Positions 57,360-64,000 of a stretch of DNA of 64,000 nt are shown here, piece after piece. Numbering within the stretch: the stretch's first letter is position 1; each line of letters opens with the position of its first letter. The stretch comes from an uncultured Bacteroidota bacterium (GTDB lineage Bacteria > Bacteroidota > Bacteroidia > Bacteroidales > VadinHA17), in assembly GCA_963744745.1 (NCBI GenBank), contig CAVUVD010000019.1, positions 427,651 through 491,650 on the forward strand. Direction: 5' to 3'. The position numbers and the translations under genes are program-made. The notes under the pieces are model-generated. The model saw only the letters and a list, made by a program, of their open reading frames with translations. It was not told where the DNA came from and searched no databases.

Positions 57360-57833
57360 ATGAATAGCAAAGAATTCGATCCTATCGAAGAAGGTTTAAA
57401 AGAAATGGGATTGAATATTCCGGTTTTCATTTTGTCAATCAACAAAACAGAATCGCATGATATTGTGGCTTTTGATAACAACTGGTCAAAACTAATGCCC
57501 GCGAGCGGCACATACATAAACCTTGGGCATAATAGGTTCTTACTCTTTAACAACACCCGGTACAATGATGATACTTCCAGGGATATTGACGGGTTTCCGT
57601 TCCCGATCAAATTAAGCATAACCTGTACTGATCCGGAATTAACGGATGATACCAAAATCATAAGAGAATTAATAGACCAGGTTTACCAGTTCAGCCGTAT
57701 GTTATGGAAATCCGTGAGGCAGCAGAACCTGCCGGTTACCATCAAATATCCGGAAATGGTAGCCGAGATATTCCCGTATTTCGTCGGCAACGAAATACCT
57801 GATTTCGGGAAGGATAATTTGTGGTTTTTGTGA
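57360..57833 (+). pseudogene. C-terminal PIWI-domain fragment of a prokaryotic Argonaute
   Basis: At 157 aa it is far too short for a pAgo. GTYINLGHNRFLLFNNTRY...GFPFPIKLSI...IIRELIDQVYQFSRMLWKSVRQQNLPVTIKYPEMVAE resembles the end of PIWI domains (the ...LP.T..Y....A pattern). Confidence 0.5.
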
Positions 57834-57911
57834 GATAGTTTAAATTTTCTTTCAGGTTTATTTGGAGCAATTTTTTTATTTTCTTATTTAGAATGTTTTT
57901 TTAAGGATTTA

Positions 57912-58826
57912 ATGCTAGTTAAACAATTTCCAAATATAAAAAACATCGAGTGTACAAGTCGTTGTAATTTAAATTGCCCAATCTGTGTGCTAAAAACCAG
58001 AGATTCAGGCGATATAGATTTCAATCTTCTTTTGAAAATATTGGAGAAAAATTGTGATTTTATGGTAGGTCAGAAAATTTGGTTACATTATAGAGGTGAA
58101 CCATTTTTAAATAAAAACATTTTTCAAATCATAAATTTATTTGATAAGTTTAAAATTAAAAGCAGATTATCCACAAATGGCATACTCCTATTAAACCAAA
58201 ATATTAAAAAAATTTTAGATTCAAAATTAGAAATGATGGTCATTTCAATGATAACAAATAATCCAGTCTATTATAAAAAGCTTCGTGGTGCAGATTTATA
58301 TTATTCAATCTTGAAGAAAGTGGAAAATTTGATTCTAATGAAGAAAACATTAAACTCTCAGTTAGATATTCAGGTAATGGGATTGGATTATGGTCAATCA
58401 AAAAACGAAATAAATGAATTTATTGATTATTTCCATAATTTAGGAGTATGTGTCGGAATTCATAAATATAGTACAAGACTTCAGGAATCAAGATATAAAC
58501 CTTTTGATATTAAAGAAGTAGTTCGCCAACCCTGTCATTGGCCATTTAATAATACAGTAATACTTTATAATGGCGATATTACAACATGTTATTTTGATTT
58601 GAATGGCCGTGGCGTTATAGATAACTTGAAAAACTATAATTATTCAATACTTGATCTATGGAATAGCACTAAATACAAACATATAAGAGCTAATCACCTT
58701 AAATATAAATTCAAAGGTCATTGTGAACATTGTACTGATTGGATCTATAATAATTCAAATTCGAAACTTGAAGTAATTAGAATGATGACAATCTATCCTT
58801 TAAAAGGTATACCATATGATACATAA
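57912..58826 (+). CDS. radical SAM enzyme with partial SPASM/twitch-like C-terminal Cys cluster
   Basis: CNLNCPIC (CxxxCxxC) near the N-terminus. C-terminal CHWPFNNTVILYNGDITTCYFD...CEHCTDW. Confidence 0.75.
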   Translation: MLVKQFPNIKNIECTSRCNLNCPICVLKTRDSGDIDFNLLLKILEKNCDFMVGQKIWLHYRGEPFLNKNIFQIINLFDKFKIKSRLSTNGILLLNQNIKKILDSKLEMMVISMITNNPVYYKKLRGADLYYSILKKVENLILMKKTLNSQLDIQVMGLDYGQSKNEINEFIDYFHNLGVCVGIHKYSTRLQESRYKPFDIKEVVRQPCHWPFNNTVILYNGDITTCYFDLNGRGVIDNLKNYNYSILDLWNSTKYKHIRANHLKYKFKGHCEHCTDWIYNNSNSKLEVIRMMTIYPLKGIPYDT

Positions 58827-58848
58827 CATTATATAATAATCCATATCA

Positions 58849-59595
58849 ATGAACAATAATAAGGAATATGCTATTGTGACTGGTGCTTCATCAGGCATTG
58901 GTGAAGCAATTGCAAAATATTTAACCAGTAAAAAAGTTATAGTTTTTGGTTTAGATATTCAAGAAGGAAAAGAAAAAGGAATCAGATTCTTGAAATGCGA
59001 TGTTAGTAAAGAAAATGAAGTTACTAATTCTCTCGCCTTAATTGAAAAAGAAACAAATCAAATAAAATATTTAGTTAACGTTGTTGGTATATTATCAGTA
59101 GGTGGGGTATCTTATATTAAAGACCAAAATATTACATATTGGAATACAATTTTAAATATTAATTTGACAAGTATTTTAATAATGATAAAAAATGTTCTAC
59201 CTTTTTTAATAAGATCGCATGAAGCAAGTGTCGTAAATATTTCATCTGACCAATCATTCAAAGGATTAAAAGGAGCTGCACCCTACAGTGTTTCAAAAGC
59301 AGGTGTGAACGCCCTTACAAAAATAGCAGCTCTTGAATTATCAGAATTTGGAATCAGAGTGAATGCAGTAGCCCCTGGAACAGTTAAAACCAATTTTCTA
59401 CAATCAGTCATAAATGATACTGATAAAATTACTAGTATGTATAGAAATGCAGACAAAAAACTGCCTTTTGGTTTAATAGAACCAAATGATGTTGCGGCTT
59501 TAGTAGATTTTTTATTATCTAATAGATCAAAAAGAATCACTGGCGAAGTCATACTGATTGATAGCGGACAGATTTTAAATTCCATTTCATTATAA
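58849..59595 (+). CDS. short-chain dehydrogenase/reductase (SDR) family oxidoreductase
   Basis: TGASSGIG cofactor motif, NVVG, and the catalytic S...YSVSK. Confidence 0.85.
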   Translation: MNNNKEYAIVTGASSGIGEAIAKYLTSKKVIVFGLDIQEGKEKGIRFLKCDVSKENEVTNSLALIEKETNQIKYLVNVVGILSVGGVSYIKDQNITYWNTILNINLTSILIMIKNVLPFLIRSHEASVVNISSDQSFKGLKGAAPYSVSKAGVNALTKIAALELSEFGIRVNAVAPGTVKTNFLQSVINDTDKITSMYRNADKKLPFGLIEPNDVAALVDFLLSNRSKRITGEVILIDSGQILNSISL

Positions 59596-59609
59596 TCTAT
59601 ATAATCAGA

Positions 59610-60785
59610 ATGAACTCATTAAATTTTGATCCAGAAACTCTATCTCTTGAATTAGCTACTTCAAACGGGAATAATTGGATACTAAATCCACCTATCCAAC
59701 AGAAAATGAATCAATTAATAACTAAGTACCGGATCGAAACAACATTTTTATGTAATCTATCATGTGAATACTGTATTATTTTTAAGAATAATGTTACCTC
59801 TAAGATAACAAATATGAGTCTGGAAGTAATTAATAAACTCATATCACAATTTAATCAAGAAGTTAATAAAAATGGAACTCTTTATCTTTTTGGCGCCGAA
59901 CCATTATTGAATTGGAATGTCATTAAATATGCAGTGGAGAATTGTTTGGGCCGTAAAGTAATATTTACCAATGGGCTTTTATTGTCTGAAAATAAGATAA
60001 AGTTATTTAAAGAAAATGAAGTTACTATTATGATTTCTCTTGATGGGTATAAACCAGAGCATAATGTGTATCGTTTTAAAAATAAATCGAAAGAGTTATT
60101 AAAGGATATTTTGAAAAAGATTGAATTGTTAAAAAGAAATAACTGTAATTTCATTTTGTGTTCTCTGGTGAATAAGTATAACATTGAAGACTTATACAGT
60201 ATTACGAGTTATTTTTTTAATAATCTGGCTATTGAAAATTATAGTTTTTCATACCCACATTATACTTTGGTTAACTCTGAGACAAATAATTTTGATATTT
60301 CAAAATATACAAACCAAATTTGTGGTTTATTAGAACTTACAAAAAAAGAAAAAATTTATATTCATCAATTAGCCGATGTTTTACATACATTATTAACCAG
60401 ACAACCAAAACATTATTCTTGTGGTGTTGGCACATGTCAGAGAACATTTTACCCAGATGGCTCAGAGACTGTCTGTACAAAATTAGATCAAATACCCTGT
60501 TTTTCAATTAAGACTTTTTTAGAAAAAACATTACCCGATAACAATTTAAATTGCAGCCATTGTTCCGCAAGGAAAATATGTGGTGGTGGATGCCCTTTTG
60601 ACGCTGCTATTCATCCTAATAAAATAGGTGTTGATTCAAGGATATGTTTTTATAAGAAGGAGCTATTAATGTTCATTTTAAAAGACATGGAAAAAGAGTT
60701 GAGTGACACAACCGAGCTAGAAATTAAAAGCAAAATGGAAAACTATTTAGAGATATCACATACTAATTGGGATAAATTATGTTGA
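59610..60785 (+). CDS. radical SAM/SPASM domain protein (anSME / peptide-maturase-like)
   Basis: CNLSCEYC motif. SPASM-type YSCGVGTCQRTFYPDGSETVC and CSHCSARKICGGGCPFDA. Confidence 0.8.
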   Translation: MNSLNFDPETLSLELATSNGNNWILNPPIQQKMNQLITKYRIETTFLCNLSCEYCIIFKNNVTSKITNMSLEVINKLISQFNQEVNKNGTLYLFGAEPLLNWNVIKYAVENCLGRKVIFTNGLLLSENKIKLFKENEVTIMISLDGYKPEHNVYRFKNKSKELLKDILKKIELLKRNNCNFILCSLVNKYNIEDLYSITSYFFNNLAIENYSFSYPHYTLVNSETNNFDISKYTNQICGLLELTKKEKIYIHQLADVLHTLLTRQPKHYSCGVGTCQRTFYPDGSETVCTKLDQIPCFSIKTFLEKTLPDNNLNCSHCSARKICGGGCPFDAAIHPNKIGVDSRICFYKKELLMFILKDMEKELSDTTELEIKSKMENYLEISHTNWDKLC

Positions 60786-61699
60786 AAAAAGTGAGAAATA
60801 ACACATCTAATAACAATTTAGATCCCTGGAATAACTTACTGAATCCTATAAATTCTAGTTATCTATTAAATAACCTTGAAATATTTGATAAGGACCCAAA
60901 TCAGAATATAATATTTGGATATAAGAAAATCTCACTATTTCCCAAAGAAAAATTATTGTTGTTTTTAGGTACAGATGTTTCTGGAGATTTGCATTTAGGC
61001 CATTTATCACTTCTTTTAATCGCAAAAGCATTAGAAAATATTTGGAATGGTGAATTAATTGTGTCTTTAAATGAAATTGAAAGTTTGACATCCAGAGATA
61101 TGCCTATAAAAGAACTTTTCGCGAATAAAAACTCTATTATTAAAGAATTGATTGCTTTAAATGTTAAATACCATAGCAGGTTAGATGATAACTTAGTCGT
61201 CTTATTATCAACACATCTTCTCAATTTAATAATAAACAAAGATATTATTGATTTCAAATATTATTATAGTAAACGATTAAACATACGAGACATACAAAGT
61301 TTGTGCGTCATGTTAGTTACTCCAATAATTATTTCATATCATAATGATTCAAAAAAAATAATGGCCATATACGGTAAAGATGAAATGTCTCATTTATGCT
61401 TAATTTATGATTTGTATAATTCACCTTGGTTTAAAGAAATCATATATAATGTAGCTGGAATTAACTGTCCTACCATAGGATTTATGATTGTCAATCTGAT
61501 TCCAGGTTTAGATAGTAAAAGAAAAATGAGTAAAACTTTACCCGAAAATTCAATTCTAATCAAAAACATTTCTAAAGGACATTCAATAACAATTCCCATT
61601 CAATTATATTTAAAACAAGTCATACAACTCGTTTCATCCATAAATGAAGAAATACAATTAAACGAAATGTATTTAAAATTAAGACAACTTCTAGACTAA
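60779..61699 (+). CDS. class Ic aminoacyl-tRNA-synthetase-like protein (TyrRS/TrpRS-type paralog)
   Basis: GTDVSGDLHLGHL (HIGH-type), GKDEMSH (GxDQ-like) and PGLDSKRKMSKT (KMSKS-type). At 306 aa it is similar in size to minimal archaeal-type TyrRS. The start overlaps the upstream stop (ATGTTGA). Confidence 0.65.
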   Translation: MLKKVRNNTSNNNLDPWNNLLNPINSSYLLNNLEIFDKDPNQNIIFGYKKISLFPKEKLLLFLGTDVSGDLHLGHLSLLLIAKALENIWNGELIVSLNEIESLTSRDMPIKELFANKNSIIKELIALNVKYHSRLDDNLVVLLSTHLLNLIINKDIIDFKYYYSKRLNIRDIQSLCVMLVTPIIISYHNDSKKIMAIYGKDEMSHLCLIYDLYNSPWFKEIIYNVAGINCPTIGFMIVNLIPGLDSKRKMSKTLPENSILIKNISKGHSITIPIQLYLKQVIQLVSSINEEIQLNEMYLKLRQLLD

Positions 61700-61706
61700 A
61701 CAAAAT

Positions 61707-62828
61707 ATGAAATATTTTGATGTTATTTTTTCAAACAACTTTAACTTAAATCTTTTAGATAGCTTTAATGAGTTATTGAAAAATCAATTAAGAAATGAAA
61801 ATAATTTTCTTAAAAGTATTTCTAGTTCAATAAAGAATCTCAAGAACGATTTAACAGATGTACTGTCTTCTTATAGTATCTCTTTTGGATTTAACATTAC
61901 ATCAAGTATAATCTTGGTGCTTGAGAAACTTCCAAAATATATTGTGATTACAAATAAAGAGTTTCCGCCCATTATCTCACAAGTATTCCATTCAAACAAA
62001 CAAATTACAGGAATTCTTGATATTCAAAACATGAATTATGAAGAACTATTCAATATTGATAACATTGATGAAATAATTTTTTTGATAAGCCATATATCCT
62101 ATATTGATGGAGAAGATATTCTTGATAATTTTTTAAACTCTGTTACCAATATTAAGCAATTGAGGACAAAAAAAATACATATCATTATAGATGGAGCTCA
62201 TTCTATTTGCAATAATTTTATTGTAAGCGATATCCCGGAATTGCATAAAAAATTATCAGCTGTCGTTAACATTGAAAGTTTTACTTATGTCTTTGATTTC
62301 CACAAATGGGTTCAAGGTTTTTTTGGTCTCTCTGTTATCATTTCTAGTCGTAAGACAATTTGTAATTCTTTAAATCATATTTTTCCTAACACCTTAAATT
62401 TTGATGATTATTATATTAGGTTCCATCCTCCGGTCTCAGTATCTTTTAATCCTTTATTGATATACTGGAAGCTAAATATAGACAATTTCAGCTTCCGTTT
62501 ATTTGATGGCAATCAAATTAAAAGGAATAATAGTTTAAAATCAGTCTTTATCTCTTCTTATAAAAACAATTCGGAGATACAATTGATACTAAACAGTAAC
62601 AATTTAATTTCATTAAATTCTGCAAATCCTGAATATCTTTATAAATATTTATTAAATAATAATATACAAACTCATTTAATAGGAGGTAGAACAATCGATA
62701 CAAATTGTAGAATTCAAATTATTAGTAACAATGTAAGATTAGCATTTTCTTCTATTTTAATTGATAATGAAGATATTAATTATTTGACTACTAAACTAAA
62801 ACAATACAAATATGAAGAAAAGGCATAA
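61707..62828 (+). CDS. class V-like (cysteine desulfurase / aminotransferase fold) PLP-dependent enzyme
   Basis: IIDGAHS and FDFHKW...FFGLSV resemble the DGAQS / SxHKxxGPxGxG PLP-lysine region. The sequence is very AT-biased and divergent. Confidence 0.5.
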   Translation: MKYFDVIFSNNFNLNLLDSFNELLKNQLRNENNFLKSISSSIKNLKNDLTDVLSSYSISFGFNITSSIILVLEKLPKYIVITNKEFPPIISQVFHSNKQITGILDIQNMNYEELFNIDNIDEIIFLISHISYIDGEDILDNFLNSVTNIKQLRTKKIHIIIDGAHSICNNFIVSDIPELHKKLSAVVNIESFTYVFDFHKWVQGFFGLSVIISSRKTICNSLNHIFPNTLNFDDYYIRFHPPVSVSFNPLLIYWKLNIDNFSFRLFDGNQIKRNNSLKSVFISSYKNNSEIQLILNSNNLISLNSANPEYLYKYLLNNNIQTHLIGGRTIDTNCRIQIISNNVRLAFSSILIDNEDINYLTTKLKQYKYEEKA

Positions 62829-63588
62829 AGTTGTTACAAAACTATTTGACATATCATTTAAAAAAAACAAAAATGAGCAAATATTTTGGAAAGAGATATT
62901 TCAAAATAAAATTAATATCTATAACAAAAATGGTATATCTGATTGGGATATCAGAGCAAGTAAGAGATATTATCAAATTTTATTATGCGATATTAAGGAA
63001 TTACTTGAAATTAAAAATTTTAATGGTATAAGAAGTTTAGAATTAGGCTGTGGAACCAGTATACTCTCTTTGCTAATGGCATCTGAAGGAGCGACTGTTT
63101 ATTTATTAGATCAATTACAGGAAGCATTAGACTATAGCAAAATATTGGAAAATCAAATTTCGAAAAGCCTTAATTTTACAGGAAAAGTTAATTATATTAA
63201 TGCAAATTTATTTGAAATAGAAGATTTAAAAAAAACATTCATAGATTTTGATATTGTTCATAATATTGGAGTTATTGAAGAACATAGTCCTACTGAAGCT
63301 CAAAGTATAATTGAAATTATGAAGAAAATTGCAAATAAATATGTAATCGTAGGTGTACCAAATTTCTTCAATCCTTATCTTCTAAGTTTTTGGTTTAAAA
63401 ACGGAAAAGCAAACGAACTTTATTACAGTAGGGGATCTCTTTGCAGACTGATGAAGAGATTAGAACTTAGAGAAACAAAAGTAGTTACAACTTCATACTT
63501 ATATCCGTTTAAGAAATTTACACGTTTAGAAAAATTTACTGCTAATATTGGATTTGGATTTCTTCACTTAGCTGTAGCTACGATTTAA
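62812..63588 (+). CDS. class I SAM-dependent methyltransferase
   Basis: Motif I is SLELGCGTSILSL, followed by an acidic LLD. The start overlaps the upstream ORF by 17 nt. Confidence 0.75.
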   Translation: MKKRHKVVTKLFDISFKKNKNEQIFWKEIFQNKINIYNKNGISDWDIRASKRYYQILLCDIKELLEIKNFNGIRSLELGCGTSILSLLMASEGATVYLLDQLQEALDYSKILENQISKSLNFTGKVNYINANLFEIEDLKKTFIDFDIVHNIGVIEEHSPTEAQSIIEIMKKIANKYVIVGVPNFFNPYLLSFWFKNGKANELYYSRGSLCRLMKRLELRETKVVTTSYLYPFKKFTRLEKFTANIGFGFLHLAVATI

Positions 63589-63604
63589 AAAAAATTATTA
63601 GCCT

Positions 63605-64000
63605 ATGTTAATAAACGAACTTTGTCGTTTCAGGCCTCCAACTAGAGGTAGACTTTTAATTTGGGAAATTACCAATAATTGTAATTTATTATGTAAACAT
63701 TGTTGTAATTCCAGCAATAATCAAATAAATAAGAAAGAATTAAGTATTGATATTATTTCATCTATTATACCCGAAATAATTAAATTAAATATTCGTGAAA
63801 TTTACTTTACGGGAGGAGAACCTCTAGTTAGAAAAGATTTTTATAATATTTTATCATTATTTAAAGGTCTTTCTATAGATACCTTTTTTGCTACAAATGG
63901 GACATTATTTGATATTGAGAAAGTTAAAAAAATAAATAACCTCAATATAAAACAGGTCACAATTAGTCTTGATAGTCATTTCCCATCAATTCATAATAAC
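63605..64000 (+). CDS. radical SAM enzyme (third in operon), 3' end outside window
   Basis: This frame is not in the supplied ORF track because it has no stop. My own translation from the ATG at 63605 is MLINELCRFRPPTRGRLLIWEITNNCNLLCKHCC...IYFTGGEPLVRKDF...ATNGTL...ISLDS. Confidence 0.75.
   Translation, partial: MLINELCRFRPPTRGRLLIWEITNNCNLLCKHCCNSSNNQINKKELSIDIISSIIPEIIKLNIREIYFTGGEPLVRKDFYNILSLFKGLSIDTFFATNGTLFDIEKVKKINNLNIKQVTISLDSHFPSIHNN

Noticed and set aside
57834-63605. RiPP precursor peptide for the SPASM radical-SAM enzymes
   Set aside because: The intergenic gaps are 22 nt or less. The 78-nt leader contains only atg ttt ttt taa. No small ORF is visible, although a precursor could lie beyond 64000.

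Overview
The window looks like a Bacteroidota chromosome segment. Supporting signs are type IX secretion (T9SS) cargo domains, a PorP/SprF gene and TAnnTTTG-type promoter boxes. Lines I counted by hand in the core genes gave about 45-50% G+C.

It has four parts:

1. **1-5300:** housekeeping genes (TerC, ABC ATPase, fba), tRNA-Lys and tRNA-Val. There is also a small mobile-DNA corner with a RayT/IS200-like Y1 transposase, a GIY-YIG gene and a degenerate tRNA-Val copy.
2. **5679-29633:** a 22.9-kb SprB-like giant adhesin locus ending in a T9SS type B sorting domain, followed by PorP/SprF.
   - It contains about 25 near-identical 282-bp (94-aa) tandem units inside a 3605-bp higher-order duplication.
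   - As assembled, the frame is broken three times.
3. **29.7-50.7 kb:** an ordinary core block with cca-like, trx, xseBA, a T9SS S8 peptidase, dnaK (with a 1-nt frameshift), panB, a two-component pair, cdd, fmt, ribBA and lptF/G.
4. **51-64 kb:** an accessory or defence island.
   - It starts with decayed mobile-element HTH/DUF3987 genes, an intact AbiEi/AbiEii pair, an orphan hsdM, an IS1595 fragment and Argonaute (PIWI) remnants.
   - From about 57.8 kb there is a sharply AT-rich, tightly coupled operon that runs off the window.
   - The operon encodes three radical-SAM enzymes (two with SPASM or SPASM-like cysteine clusters), an SDR, a TyrRS/TrpRS-like class Ic aaRS paralog, a class V-like PLP enzyme and a methyltransferase.

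This operon is my best candidate for an undescribed system. All family assignments come from motifs read by eye; no searches were run.
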